Positions 20,456-33,289 of a DNA stretch of 64,000 nt are shown here, one piece after another. A model generated the notes under the pieces. The model worked only from the letters and a program-made list of their open reading frames with translations. It did not search any database and was not told where the DNA came from. This DNA comes from an uncultured Acidobacteriota bacterium (lineage in GTDB: Bacteria; Acidobacteriota; Blastocatellia; RBC074), in contig CAWCKY010000006.1 in the NCBI GenBank assembly GCA_963796275.1, positions 2,272,001-2,336,000 on the forward strand. The letters are read 5' to 3'. Position numbers and translations under genes: made by a program. Positions within the stretch are counted from its first letter, which is position 1. Each line of letters begins with the position of its first letter.

Positions 20456-22258
20456 ATGCGCACACTTTTCTCTGCCTTCCGCGCCGCGGCTGCTGTTGTA
20501 CTGATGGCCATCGCGGTTATATCTGCCTCATCTCAGGGCGACGAGCAGCGCCTGGCTGAAGCGAAAGCTCAGACTCTCGTCTATCTTCGCTACTTTAAAT
20601 TCGAGTCGAAGTTTTCAGCAAAAGAGATCGACCGTCTGGCTGACCTGCGGGTGAAGGTCCACTCGCCATCGACAAGCCTCGAAGACCGCCAGGCAGCGCT
20701 CAAGGAGTTTGTGATGATGTTGTTCCAAGCTGCCGGGACGAAACCGATGCCGCCCGAAATGGCGGTGGAAAACTTCGCGAAGAACTTCGGACAGGACTTG
20801 CACCGGCTGGTTAATGATTCGGGGGCGAAACCGCCTGGCGGCACGACCCCTCTCGGGAATCTGGGCGCGGTCGAAAAACGCGGGCGTGGACCCATCCCGA
20901 TGATATTGATTGCCGACATCAAGACTGACCGGTCACTCTATCGAACCTTTATGGATCGCAACGCTGATCGCTATACGATGTATGCCGTGACGCTGCCAGG
21001 CTACGGTGGCACGCCAGCGCCGCCCCGCCCGGAGACGCTCGATTTGAAGTCGACGCCGTGGTGGGACGGCGCTGAAAAGGGCGTCATCAATCTGATCGAG
21101 AAGAACAGGCTTAACAAGCCCGTAGTTGTTGGGATGGCCACGAGCTCCCACCTCGCCATTCGTTTGGCCGTCAATCGGCCGGACAGGATTCGCGCCGCGG
21201 TCGTAATTGGTGGGAACATATACTCCACCTTCAGATCGCTGGCCAACCCGGATTACCCGGCCACTTTGGAGGAGCGCCCCGATGTATTGATGAAGCAGCC
21301 GGGCGCGATCGGAATGATCTCTGAATTTTTGCCGGCGCTAATGCCCTCACGCGAATCGGCCGAAGCGAGAATCAAAGCTCTGCCACCGGCGCAACTTTCT
21401 GAATTCGCCGCCAGGGTCCACGAGATCGAGCGCGCCCGAACATTGGCCGTCGATGATGCCGTTTCTTCCGATCCGCGCGCGTACCTTTACAACGTCGAAA
21501 TGTTTGCGAGCGATTTATCATTAGCATTGAAGAATCTCAAGGTCCCATTGCTGGCCATCCCGGCTATCCACGACGACAGCTCCCCCGGCCAGGCCGGACC
21601 TGCTCCCTCACAGTGGTACGAGGCGAAAATGAAGTACCCGGCGATTCCGCTAACCGTAGTGCCCTTCGAAAACGCCCGCACATATGTCACCGAAGATGCG
21701 CCGCAGGAGCTGGACAGGGAGATCGAATCCTTTCTGGCCGGCAAACCTGCGAATGGTCGAAGAGGATTAGCCATGGCGACCAGGCCAAGTCCCCGCGGAG
21801 AAGTCGGCGGGCAGATCGGGGCACTTAAGGTCTCAATCACCTACGGCCGCCCGCAGGTCAAGAAACGGCAGATCTGGGGGCAACTAGTGCCATACAATAG
21901 GCTCTGGCGCACCGGAGCCAATGAGGCGACTTATATTACCTTCAGTAACGACGTGCTTATCGAAGGTCAAAAGCTGGGTGCGGGCTCGTACGCTCTTTTC
22001 ACTATTCCGACGGAAACCGAATGGACTGTTATCTTCAATCGGGTGCCAGGCTTGTGGGGGCATTTTTTTTACAACCCCGACTTCGATGCGCTGCGTGTCA
22101 AAGTCAAGCCGCAAACCGCCGAGCATGAGGAGTGGCTGAGTTACAGCTTCGAGATGCTTTCTCCGAGCTCAGCAAATGTCGTCGTTCGCTGGGAAAAGAT
22201 AAAAACGGCGATTAAGGTGGAGGCCGAGCCTCCAAAGGCTGCCGCATCTGGTAATTGA
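20456..22258 (+). CDS. Exported alpha/beta-hydrolase-fold + DUF2911 fusion protein
   Basis: AGGAGG RBS and signal peptide; GRGPIPMILI...YAVTLPGYGGT hydrolase-like part; C-terminal RPSP...ITYGRP.VK.R.IWG.LVPY..WRTGANEAT (DUF2911). Confidence 0.8.
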   Translation: MRTLFSAFRAAAAVVLMAIAVISASSQGDEQRLAEAKAQTLVYLRYFKFESKFSAKEIDRLADLRVKVHSPSTSLEDRQAALKEFVMMLFQAAGTKPMPPEMAVENFAKNFGQDLHRLVNDSGAKPPGGTTPLGNLGAVEKRGRGPIPMILIADIKTDRSLYRTFMDRNADRYTMYAVTLPGYGGTPAPPRPETLDLKSTPWWDGAEKGVINLIEKNRLNKPVVVGMATSSHLAIRLAVNRPDRIRAAVVIGGNIYSTFRSLANPDYPATLEERPDVLMKQPGAIGMISEFLPALMPSRESAEARIKALPPAQLSEFAARVHEIERARTLAVDDAVSSDPRAYLYNVEMFASDLSLALKNLKVPLLAIPAIHDDSSPGQAGPAPSQWYEAKMKYPAIPLTVVPFENARTYVTEDAPQELDREIESFLAGKPANGRRGLAMATRPSPRGEVGGQIGALKVSITYGRPQVKKRQIWGQLVPYNRLWRTGANEATYITFSNDVLIEGQKLGAGSYALFTIPTETEWTVIFNRVPGLWGHFFYNPDFDALRVKVKPQTAEHEEWLSYSFEMLSPSSANVVVRWEKIKTAIKVEAEPPKAAASGN

Positions 22259-22281
22259 GCCCTTGGGTCATAGGAGAATGA

Positions 22282-22323
22282 TGCGCGGGGAAATCCGGGC
22301 GAGTTAATCGCCCTCCCCGCGCT
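22282..22323. terminator. GC-rich hairpin between convergent genes
   Basis: GCGCGGGGA...TCCCCGCGC inverted repeat. Confidence 0.45.
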
Positions 22324-22408
22324 TCACTCGAAAAGTGGGTGATTCATCGCGGCGAACAGCTTCGCTGCGTGGATGGGTATTGGCTGATTCCGCCAAGGCG
22401 GCCATCAA

Positions 22409-25063
22409 TTACTCAAAGCGCAAAATCGTCAGGGGGTCCACCTTCGTCACGCGCCGGGCTGGAAAATAGCAGGCCAAGAGCGCCACCACCGCGAGCAACA
22501 ACCCAGCGACGACCCACGTCACCGTATCCGTCGGGCTTGTATCGTAGAGCAAGCTCGCCAATACGCGCGTAAGCGCGAGTGCCGCGCCCCAACCGAGAGC
22601 GAGTCCAACCAGGACGATGAGCATCGTTTTTCCGATCACAAGCTTCAGCAGATCGCCCGGTGATGCACCAAGAGCCAGGCGAATGGCCATTTCACGCACT
22701 CTTTGCGCCACGGAATAGGAGACAACGCCGTATATCCCGACGGCAGCCAGCAACAGCGCGATGCCAGCGAAGATGGCCAACAGCACAGTGCGAAGCCGGG
22801 CTGGCGCTACCGATTGTGACTTGATTTCTTCCAAGGTTTCAATGTTCGTCACCGCCTGATTCTTATTCACTTTCCAGATTGCTTGTTCGATCGATCCGCT
22901 TAAGAGCAACGGATCCAAGGCGGTACGAACTACCAGGCTATTGGCGGTGGAGGGATTTTGATAGAACGTGACGTAGACGACCGGAAGGTCCGCGGCGAGA
23001 CTCCTGCCGACTTTCTCGTCCGATACCACGCCCACTACCTGCCAGGGGATTTCCGGGCCTCGACCAAACTTCCCGAACACGAGCTGCCGAATCAAGATGC
23101 GCTTATCGATGGGATCATCGCCTTGGAAGTGAGTCTTCGCCATAGTTTCATTGATCACGGTAACAGGCACGGTGCCGGCAACATCGCTCTCATCAAGTCT
23201 GCGCCCCTTCAACAATCTCATGCCAACCGTATCAAAATATGACGGCCCTACCACCTTGAACCCTGAGACAGGGCGCTGGGGGTAGGGAAGATACTCCCGC
23301 CCCTCGATCTGGAAGGGGGCGAAGCCAAGGCCTTTCATCGGCGGTCCCTCAGTGATGGCGATGTCCTGCACGCCGGGCACGCTTCTGACCTTCTGGGTCA
23401 CTTCCCTAAGGTAGTTCGTCAGTGTCGCGCCGTTCGTGAATTCTGTCCGCGGAATTGGAAGATCCATTGCAAGAACATTGGTTGTATCCACGCCCGGGTC
23501 GAGGCTTGCAAGCTTGTTGAAGCTTCGGATCAGAAGGCTGGCGCCCACGAGCAATACAAATGACAGCGCCACTTCGGCAACCACCAGGGCTGTCCTCATC
23601 CGATGCTGTGTGAGCCCGGCAGTCGTTCGCCCACTCTCCTTCAGCGATCTGGCAAGATCGGGCCGCGTGCCGCTGAGCGCTGGCGCCAGGCCGAAAAGGA
23701 TTCCCGTGAGGATTCCGATAGTCATCGTGAAAAGCAACACGCCGTAGTCCATACGGACGTTCGCTTCCGGTGGCAGCATGTCAGGCGGCAACCACCGGTT
23801 CATTCCGCGCATTAATGCATTGCCCAGCGCGAGGCCCGCCACGCCACCGAGGATTCCGAGAAATATGCTTTCCGTAAGCAACTGCCGGATCAGACGGAGA
23901 CGGCGCGCGCCCAATGCTGAACGAATAGCGATCTCGCGTTCGCGGTCCGTACCCCGCGCCAGGGTCAGATTGGCGACATTGGCGCACCCGATCAGCAGCA
24001 CGGCTCCCACCGCTGTGAGCAGCACCCAGAGGTAGCGGCGGAGCTCTGGCTTAACCACCTGATCGATATAAGGATCGACCGTTACGCCCCAACCCTTTTT
24101 CGAATCCGGGTACAGGGCAGCAATGCGCGCTCCAATCGTGTCCATTTGGTCGCGGGCCTGCTTCAGAGTGACGCCGGGCTCAAGGCGAGCAATGGCATTA
24201 AGCCAGTGAAAATTGCGAGTCATGTTCGCGGGGGTGAAAGCAAGAGGCAGCCACATAACGGCCCCGGTTCGGTCAAACGTACTGTTCGCCGGAAGCACGC
24301 CGATGATGGTGTAACTTTTTGCATCCAACGTGATCTTGCGGCCGATAACTTCGGAGTCGCCGCCAAACCGGCTCCGCCAAATGCGGTTCGACAGCACTAC
24401 TGCCAGATCGTTGCCAACCTCGTTTTCGCTTGCGGCAAAGGTGCGTCCCAGCGTCGCCTCCACATCAAGCGCCTTGAAATACGATGCCGAGACTCTGTGA
24501 ACATTAAGCTGCTCGGGGCTGCCCGAGCCGGTCAAGGTCACCGTGTCCTCGGTGATGGCTGAGAGAAATTGAAAACAACGATTCTGCCGCTTCCAGTCGA
24601 GGAAGTTCAGAGTGGAAATGTAGTTGCTACCTCCGTCCGGACGCTTTTCCCACACGCTGACGATTCGCTCCGGATCTGGATAGGGGAGAGGCTTGAGTAA
24701 TACGGCATTCACAAAACTGAAAATCGCCGCATTGGCGCCGATGCCGAGCGCGAGCGTAGTAACAGTGACTAGCGTGAAGCCGGGGTTCCTCATCAACATT
24801 CGCGCGCCGTAGCGCAGGTCTTGCCATAGCGTTTCTAGCCACCCTCCGCCACGAATGTCATAGCCGAGTTCAGTGTTCCTGACCGGGTCGCCGAAACTTT
24901 TCAGAGCGGCGGCTCGCGCCTCGTCGGGCGGCATCCCGCGCTTGATATTCGTCTCCGTCTCCATCTCGACGTGGATGCGCAATTCTTCTTCAATGTCTTG
25001 CAAGGCGCTTTCGCGCCGAAACAAGGCGCGCAGCCGCGCCCTGAGAATGTTGAACCATTCCAT
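22409..25063 (-). CDS. ADOP-family ABC permease
   Basis: EEELRIHVE prefix; [31 protein letters not shown] and [10 protein letters not shown] motifs. Confidence 0.95.
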   Translation of the reverse strand: MEWFNILRARLRALFRRESALQDIEEELRIHVEMETETNIKRGMPPDEARAAALKSFGDPVRNTELGYDIRGGGWLETLWQDLRYGARMLMRNPGFTLVTVTTLALGIGANAAIFSFVNAVLLKPLPYPDPERIVSVWEKRPDGGSNYISTLNFLDWKRQNRCFQFLSAITEDTVTLTGSGSPEQLNVHRVSASYFKALDVEATLGRTFAASENEVGNDLAVVLSNRIWRSRFGGDSEVIGRKITLDAKSYTIIGVLPANSTFDRTGAVMWLPLAFTPANMTRNFHWLNAIARLEPGVTLKQARDQMDTIGARIAALYPDSKKGWGVTVDPYIDQVVKPELRRYLWVLLTAVGAVLLIGCANVANLTLARGTDREREIAIRSALGARRLRLIRQLLTESIFLGILGGVAGLALGNALMRGMNRWLPPDMLPPEANVRMDYGVLLFTMTIGILTGILFGLAPALSGTRPDLARSLKESGRTTAGLTQHRMRTALVVAEVALSFVLLVGASLLIRSFNKLASLDPGVDTTNVLAMDLPIPRTEFTNGATLTNYLREVTQKVRSVPGVQDIAITEGPPMKGLGFAPFQIEGREYLPYPQRPVSGFKVVGPSYFDTVGMRLLKGRRLDESDVAGTVPVTVINETMAKTHFQGDDPIDKRILIRQLVFGKFGRGPEIPWQVVGVVSDEKVGRSLAADLPVVYVTFYQNPSTANSLVVRTALDPLLLSGSIEQAIWKVNKNQAVTNIETLEEIKSQSVAPARLRTVLLAIFAGIALLLAAVGIYGVVSYSVAQRVREMAIRLALGASPGDLLKLVIGKTMLIVLVGLALGWGAALALTRVLASLLYDTSPTDTVTWVVAGLLLAVVALLACYFPARRVTKVDPLTILRFE

Positions 25064-25075
25064 AATTGGGCCTCC

Positions 25076-25419
<344 letters not shown>

Positions 25420-25444
25420 ATATCCGTTTTTCTTATCGGTCACA

Positions 25445-25491
25445 CTAAGAATTTCTAGGTATAGTGTAGGCAAGGAGGCCTAGAATGTCAA
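25445..25491 (-). promoter_or_regulatory. sigma70 promoter with a putative PadR operator
   Basis: TTGACA-17 nt-TACACT; imperfect palindrome CCTAGA-AAT-TCTTAG just downstream of the -10, and a CCTAGA half-site next to the -35. Confidence 0.6.
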
Positions 25492-25671
25492 TGCATGGCC
25501 CGCGAGGCTGACTGTAAAAACTAGGCGACGGATTTGTGCGCGCCGCATAGGGGCAATACCCAATATATGCCAGCAACAACTGTGCGGCCTGAAGCCTAAC
25601 CATCGCGCTCGGTTCAAAACGCGATAGTAGTTTTGAAAATGCGCCTTTTCGCTATTATGGATTTACCGGCA

Positions 25672-27234
25672 TTAATTGATATGTCGAGTTTTCCCCTCCC
25701 AAAAGGGAGCGCGCAATTCAGTCTTGAGAATTTTCCCCACACCGCTGAGCGGGAGAGGTGTATGGCGAATGTCAACGCTGCGTGGACAATTATACCCGGC
25801 AATGCGTCCCTTGCAGAATGACAATATCTCCGCTTCCGTCACCTGCTGATCCTCCCTGCAAACCACCACTGCGTGAATCGCCTCCCCCCATTCCTCGCTT
25901 GGAATTCCGATGACAGCACACATAGTAACGGCAGGATGCTGGTAGAGTATGTTCTCGACTTCGACCGAGTAGACGTTCTCGCCGCCAGTGATAATCATGT
26001 CTTTGACGCGGTCCACGATGTAGACAAAGCCATCCTCATCCATATAACCGGCATCGCCCGTATGCATCCAGTCATTCCGCAGTGCCTGGGCCGTCTCTGC
26101 CGGCTTGTTCCAGTACCCGCGCATCACCTGTGACCCGCGGGTGACGATCTCCCCTACCGTGCCCAATGGCACCTCATGATCAAGTTCGTCAACGATTTTC
26201 ACTTCGAAGCTCGGAGCCGCCTGACCCGCTGAAGCGGTTTTGCCTGCGCACTGGCCCGTGAAGGTATGGTATTTCGGTGCGAGCAAAGTGATGAGCGCAG
26301 CGGTTTCGGTCATTCCGTAACCTTGCATGAACTCGCAGCCGGAAAAAACCTGCATCGCCCTGGCTAACAATGCTTCCGGCATGGGGGAGGCCCCGTAGAC
26401 AATGGTGCGCAGGCTGGAAAGATCATAGGTTTCCACGTCTGAGAAGTTGACAAGCATGTTGATCATCGTCGGCACCAGCGTCAGGTGAGTAATTCTGTGC
26501 TCCTCGATGATTTTAAGCATTGCTTCGACGTCGAACCGGCGGAGGAATACGTGAGTGCCTGCCCTAAGGGTGTGAGTACAGTTTCCCAGGCAGTCCGCCA
26601 GGTGGAACATCGGCGCTGCATGCAAATATACCGGGCGATCGCGCTTGTTATCCATGCTGGCCAGCGCGTTAAGAGAGCTGTTGATTAGGTTATCGTGCGT
26701 CAGCATGACACCTTTTGCAATACCGGTTGTCCCACCTGTATAGAAGATGCCCGCGACTTGATGACCGCCACGTTCAATGTCAGGCGCTGCTTGAGCATCG
26801 GTGAGACGCTCTTCGTAGTTGACCGTCCCCTCGGGAGTGAGACCCTCGCCAGCAAATACGATGTGATCGACCGCGGCCAAGTTACCGCGGAAGGCGGGGA
26901 GCATTGCCTGGAAGGCGTCATCGACGATCAGAATTTTCGCGCCGGAGTCGTTGAGCATATAGATCAGTTCTGCCGGAGTAAGACGGATGTTGAGAGGAAC
27001 CACGATTCCTCCGGCCCAGGGTACCGCAAAGAAATATTCCAGATATCGGTCGCTGTTGAGGGCAAGCATGGCGACGCGGTCTCCCTCGCAGAGACCGAAT
27101 TCTTGAAAGACACCGGCCAGTTTGGCCACGCGCTCGGCGAACTCCGCCCACGTACGGTGCCTTGTTCCGTCGATAGTCGCGATGTCGTTACGGTGTATTT
27201 GCACGGCACGTTTGAGCATCTGGGTAATGTACAT
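25672..27234 (-). CDS. Long-chain-fatty-acid--CoA ligase (ANL superfamily)
   Basis: FYTGGTTG..KGV, QGYGMTE, HTGDAG and DRVKDMIITGGENV motifs; GGAGG RBS at MYITQ. Confidence 0.92.
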   Translation of the reverse strand: MYITQMLKRAVQIHRNDIATIDGTRHRTWAEFAERVAKLAGVFQEFGLCEGDRVAMLALNSDRYLEYFFAVPWAGGIVVPLNIRLTPAELIYMLNDSGAKILIVDDAFQAMLPAFRGNLAAVDHIVFAGEGLTPEGTVNYEERLTDAQAAPDIERGGHQVAGIFYTGGTTGIAKGVMLTHDNLINSSLNALASMDNKRDRPVYLHAAPMFHLADCLGNCTHTLRAGTHVFLRRFDVEAMLKIIEEHRITHLTLVPTMINMLVNFSDVETYDLSSLRTIVYGASPMPEALLARAMQVFSGCEFMQGYGMTETAALITLLAPKYHTFTGQCAGKTASAGQAAPSFEVKIVDELDHEVPLGTVGEIVTRGSQVMRGYWNKPAETAQALRNDWMHTGDAGYMDEDGFVYIVDRVKDMIITGGENVYSVEVENILYQHPAVTMCAVIGIPSEEWGEAIHAVVVCREDQQVTEAEILSFCKGRIAGYNCPRSVDIRHTPLPLSGVGKILKTELRAPFWEGKTRHIN

Positions 27235-27534
27235 CGGATCTCCTCCTTGGCATCTTGCCATCAAGGTACTACGAGACCTGTCGAAATTCCACAGTCGCCT
27301 GAAGGCAAATTATGACCCACTTCTAGAACGATCAGGTAGAAATTATTAACATTCAGGTTCTTAGTAACTATCTCAAATAGTAAAAGACCTGCGATATGTT
27401 GTGGTTAGCAAGATGTGCTGAAATCCTTATGACCTGTCGGCATCAGCCTTATCCTTTGGTTGATGAGACTCGAGACGAAACGGCCGATGGCGACAGTGCA
27501 AGGATCCGACCATTTGGGGAATTACGCATGCACT

Positions 27535-28281
27535 TCATTTATTTTTGAGTGAATCTACGCGAGCGGAGAGCCGTCCCGAATCGTGACAAGTTAAGCATGT
27601 GATACTGGTGTTGGCGGCAGATTCGGGATTCTTTTTCCATTGCCTGGCGATAGGCTCATACGGAGTGTCGCGCAACACTGCAAGTATTCGGTCGAGGTAT
27701 TGATCCACCTCTTGGGTTCGACCCGTGCGTTGGGCGGATTGAGCGAGACCACCGAGAAGTTCGCCCCTTAGATGCACAGGAAGCTTCTCTACGGCGGGAG
27801 CCTGCTGTTTCCAAAGCAGTTGGTAGGAGTCATATGCTTGTGACCAGGCTGCAGCGCGACTTTCCTTTGGCAGTCGGTCGGCCAAGACTACGTAAGTGCC
27901 TCCGGTAATTGCAGCGACTCCACCACTTTGCGGCGCGAGTTCTTTGGCCTGAGAAAAAAGCTCGAGCGATTTGCGATAATGTTGCTGAAACTCAGTCTCG
28001 CGTTGATTCTCGTGGGCGCGCACGGCGCGGTAAAGGGTTGCAGTTCCACTCCAGGCCAGCAAATTGGCTTTTTCTGGCGGGCGTTTTTCGAGCAGCAGTT
28101 GAATGCTCTTTTCTCCTCTCGCGAGACGCTCCATATCATCGGCCAGGAGACCGGCGAAGATATCCTCTCGAACAAGGGTATGAACAGAAAGTCGAGTGTC
28201 GGACAGCTGTGGTTCCGGCGACTGGGCCGCTGCTGTAATCAAGAGCGCAAATACAAGCAAAAATCTGTTGATAACAAACAT
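27535..28281 (-). CDS. Exported helical protein with a C-terminal CxxCH (possible c-type haem site)
   Basis: Signal peptide; Ala/Gln/Leu-rich helical body; ITCLTCHDSG near the C-terminus. Confidence 0.7.
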   Translation of the reverse strand: MFVINRFLLVFALLITAAAQSPEPQLSDTRLSVHTLVREDIFAGLLADDMERLARGEKSIQLLLEKRPPEKANLLAWSGTATLYRAVRAHENQRETEFQQHYRKSLELFSQAKELAPQSGGVAAITGGTYVVLADRLPKESRAAAWSQAYDSYQLLWKQQAPAVEKLPVHLRGELLGGLAQSAQRTGRTQEVDQYLDRILAVLRDTPYEPIARQWKKNPESAANTSITCLTCHDSGRLSARVDSLKNK

Positions 28282-28716
28282 ACTTTGTTCCTCCTCACCA
28301 ATTGCTTACTAAAGGTTCAGGAAGTTTGCCATCATCGAGCAACTTCCACTTTATCTTCATCGTTACTGTTTCTGTATTAGGATGACTTTCTATGTTGGCG
28401 TTGCCTTCAGCATTAATCAGGAACGGTAATTAGGTGCTTTGTGACTGACCCGGATACTCCGGCCGTTGGCCTAAGGCGTCACGAAGTATACTACAGCATA
28501 AGATGTAGCTCGCGGATATTTTCTCGCTAGAGCTATAAATATTCAGCGCCGTTGGCGCCTCGGGATGCCTAACTCAAAACCACCGATGCGTTAGCAATGA
28601 ATTGAGATATTCACAATCGTTGATCTTGCCTCGAGTTATTAACTGATTAACCACATCCTCGGCTTTTACTGCGGTTTTCTGATGAATATGTAAGTTTGAG
28701 GATTGCGGAGCACTTT

Positions 28717-28748
28717 GGAGTGCGGTTGCTCGCTCGCAACCGCTTTGG
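28717..28748. repeat. REP-like palindrome (GGAG-footed)
   Basis: GGAGTGCGGTTGC-TCGCTC-GCAACCGCTTTGG in a long intergenic region. Confidence 0.55.
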
Positions 28749-29057
28749 TAGTCAATTCGTTTATCCTTGACTTCGCTGAAACTCGCCCCATGGCCTTCCG
28801 AGAGATAGTTGATTCGCACTGGCTGGCTTTTCTTCATAAGACAGAACATCCTGATCGAATTTTACCAGGAGCCCCGCGTAAAAAAATTGCCACTCAGAAT
28901 GAACCGTTTCCCAGTGCTATAAATGCGGTGGGATGGCGAAAGGATACATTCATTGAAGCAGAAGAAATGCGTGCCATTTGAAGGGGACGTGGTATCGGCG
29001 GCGGTGGCAAAAGCTGAATGTTTCCTCCGCGCTCACTTATGAATGACAGACTCTTGC

Positions 29058-30560
<1,503 letters not shown>

Positions 30561-31118
30561 ATTGCGTTCCTCAGCCGGGAAATCATTTCTGCTTCACGGC
30601 CAGCATATCGAACATTCAATTTGACCCCCAGCAGTGCAATTTCATTTTGCTGCCGGCTCAGGTCTATCGACCATGCCCGACGCTCCATGACGTAACTATC
30701 AATAACTATCAATACCTAATAGATAGATACAGAAGACATTTTATCGGGCTTTTGCGAAGTACTTTATTCTGTACCGCATTGCCTGAAGAGGCTTCTGCGC
30801 AGCCGGAATAGTCATCCATTTATGAGATTCGTTTCGCTTGATTCGATGAAGAAGATACTTTATATCAAATGGGGGGAAAGTACATCACATTTGGTCTAAC
30901 ATCCGCCATCAAATGGTTGAAGGTCCTCCATTTATTGGCGCGCAAAGTCCCGTTGTTGAAACTTCAACGGTTGATTCGAGAGAATCACCAACTGAAGCTC
31001 GCTCTTTATACGGGCGTATTACACGCGAGTACCTCAATTCCAACCTGTTTTCTCGTTTTAAGTCGACCAGCGGTTTATAAATCCGACGACAAACAGTCGG
31101 CAATGAGAAAGGAAAGTC

Positions 31119-33077
31119 ATGAAAAGAGCAGCTCTTATTGCTTTGGCGATTGCAGTCGTTTTTGTCGGTGCCCTCAATTTTGATGTTCGTGCTATCCGGG
31201 TACAAGGAGGAACATTCGGCCAGAATATCCTTCACGTGCCTGACGGTGGAAACCTGCAACAGGCCATTGATATCGCCCAGCCGGGCGACACCATCACACT
31301 CGATCCGGGGGCCGTCTACACGGGGAATTTCATTCTCCGGAATAAGACCGGCAAAGCGTTCGTGACCATCACCACGGCGGGAGCAGATCTGCTGGAAGGC
31401 ACCAGGATCACCCCGCTGGAGGCCTCCATGTTCGCCAAGATCGTTGCTCCCAATGATTCGCCGGCCATCTCCACTGAACCCGGCGCGCATCATTACAGGT
31501 TGGCGAACCTGGAACTTTACGCGGCGGCCGGCGTTTATTCGTTCCGCATCGTGGCGCTCGGCTCCGGGTCGGCGACCACGGTCGATGGCCTCGCATCAGA
31601 TATCGAACTCAACCGCCTCTACATACACGGCGATCCCCAGGTGGGAAGCAAGCGCGGAGTTGAGCTGAACAGCGCCTCGACCGTAATAAAGAACTGCTGG
31701 ATTTCTGATTTCAAGAGTGAGTTCCAGGACGCACAGGCGATTTGCAGCATCAATGGGCCGGGCCCGTTCACTATCGTGAACAACTACCTGGAGGGCGGGG
31801 CAGAGAACATTATGTTCGGCGGCGGGATTGCCCAGAGCCCCGATTTGATCCCCTCCGATATCGTCGTCCGCCACAACCACTTGCGAAAGCCGCCGGAGTG
31901 GATGTCGGAAATGAAGCCCAATGGCATCGAACCACGGTGGTGGGTGAAGAATCTCCTCGAATTCAAGAACGGGCGCCGCGCCCTGGTTGAGGAGAACTTG
32001 CTCGAGAATACCTGGGTAGGCTTCGACCAGTCGAGCTTCGCGATTCTTCTTACGGTGCGAACGGAGAACAGGGCGATGCCCTGGGCTGTTGTGGAAGATA
32101 TCACCTTCACGCGTAATGTGGTCCGTAACGCGGGTTCCGGCGTGCAGATACTCGGGCGCGATGGCGCGAACGGCGGCCGGGTGTCTCGGATCAGATTCAA
32201 GGACAACCTGTTCTACAATATCGACTCGCAGGCGTGGGGCAAGCCTGCGTACTACACACATCCAAGAATTGCCGGGTGGAACGGCAGGAGCCTCATGTTC
32301 CAGGTACTTCAAGGCCCGCCGGACGTGAGTATTGAACACAACACCTTCATCCAGGCGCAGGGTGGCGCGGGCGGAACGTGGTCGCTTTTCTTCGATCCGA
32401 ACACGACTCTCGGCCTGGCGGACGGGTTTCGATTTATCGACAACATCGTTTCGTGGGGCGTAACAGGCTCTGGCAGGCCGGAAGGATCCCCGACGCTCGA
32501 TTTCTACACTCCGAATGCCACTTTCCTGAAGAATGCGCTGATCGGCCGTAACAATGACCTCTATCCCGCCGGCAACTTCTTCCCGCCCGACTCGGCGGCC
32601 GTCGGCTTCACCTCGACCGTCGGAAGCAATTTCCAGCTCGCCGCAAGTAGCCCATATCGAGACGCCGGCACAGATGGCAGGGATCTCGGCGCTGACATAC
32701 CAGGTGCCTCGGACGCGTTGAGAGTTCTGCGTCTGGTTGCTATCAATATAAAGCCGGGCGAGAAGCAGCCGGCGACCATCAACACGAAGAGTAAGGGGAA
32801 GCTGCCGTTGGCCATCTTGTCGACCAGAACATTTCCGGCCCCGGCCATGGTCAATACCGCTAGCCTGACCTTCGGCTCCACCGGCAGAGAGCGCAGCCTG
32901 GCCTTCTGCAACCGCAATGGAGAGGACGTGAACGGAGACGGGCGCCTGGATCTGGTGTGTCATTTCAATACCACCGAGACGGGGTTGAAAACCGGCGATA
33001 CGCAGGCGGTCCTGATGGGCAGGACTGTGCAGAACGGCCTCATCGAGGGAAGCGACGAGGTTCGCATCGTTCAATAG
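31119..33077 (+). CDS. Secreted right-handed parallel beta-helix (pectin-lyase-like) protein with a C-terminal accessory domain
   Basis: LQQAIDIAQPGDTITL start; Asn-rich coils; C-terminal IKPG...IN.KS.GKLPLAILST...DVNGDGRLDLVCHF domain. Confidence 0.8.
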   Translation: MKRAALIALAIAVVFVGALNFDVRAIRVQGGTFGQNILHVPDGGNLQQAIDIAQPGDTITLDPGAVYTGNFILRNKTGKAFVTITTAGADLLEGTRITPLEASMFAKIVAPNDSPAISTEPGAHHYRLANLELYAAAGVYSFRIVALGSGSATTVDGLASDIELNRLYIHGDPQVGSKRGVELNSASTVIKNCWISDFKSEFQDAQAICSINGPGPFTIVNNYLEGGAENIMFGGGIAQSPDLIPSDIVVRHNHLRKPPEWMSEMKPNGIEPRWWVKNLLEFKNGRRALVEENLLENTWVGFDQSSFAILLTVRTENRAMPWAVVEDITFTRNVVRNAGSGVQILGRDGANGGRVSRIRFKDNLFYNIDSQAWGKPAYYTHPRIAGWNGRSLMFQVLQGPPDVSIEHNTFIQAQGGAGGTWSLFFDPNTTLGLADGFRFIDNIVSWGVTGSGRPEGSPTLDFYTPNATFLKNALIGRNNDLYPAGNFFPPDSAAVGFTSTVGSNFQLAASSPYRDAGTDGRDLGADIPGASDALRVLRLVAINIKPGEKQPATINTKSKGKLPLAILSTRTFPAPAMVNTASLTFGSTGRERSLAFCNRNGEDVNGDGRLDLVCHFNTTETGLKTGDTQAVLMGRTVQNGLIEGSDEVRIVQ

Positions 33078-33289
33078 TTCTCACCGATTTTTATATCGGC
33101 GACTACTGCTATCTCGGATGCGTAATTTGCGACATTCGGAGTTATAGCGTTTACTTCTTTTCAATCTATTATCGAGACGGTATCGAGGAGCCGAATCCGG
33201 TATCGGTGCTTTCGCAGCTGGCCATTGCGGCCTCCGCCTTCGGTCTGCTACCAGGACCAACAACTGTTTGATCATCAGAGAGGTATCAC

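Noticed and set aside
28290-29050. Small ORFs or an ncRNA in long intergenic gaps (also 17650-18250, 42960-43780, 62230-62730)
   Set aside because: No recognisable protein motifs, tRNA cloverleaf or riboswitch consensus by eye; an Rfam/Infernal scan would be needed to exclude them.
31596-33074. 492-aa antisense ORF, and similar long overlapping ORFs such as 496..1167, 8113..8910, 41352..42242, 42270..43184 and 47701..48462
   Set aside because: Shadow frames of well-supported genes in GC-rich DNA; no recognisable motifs.
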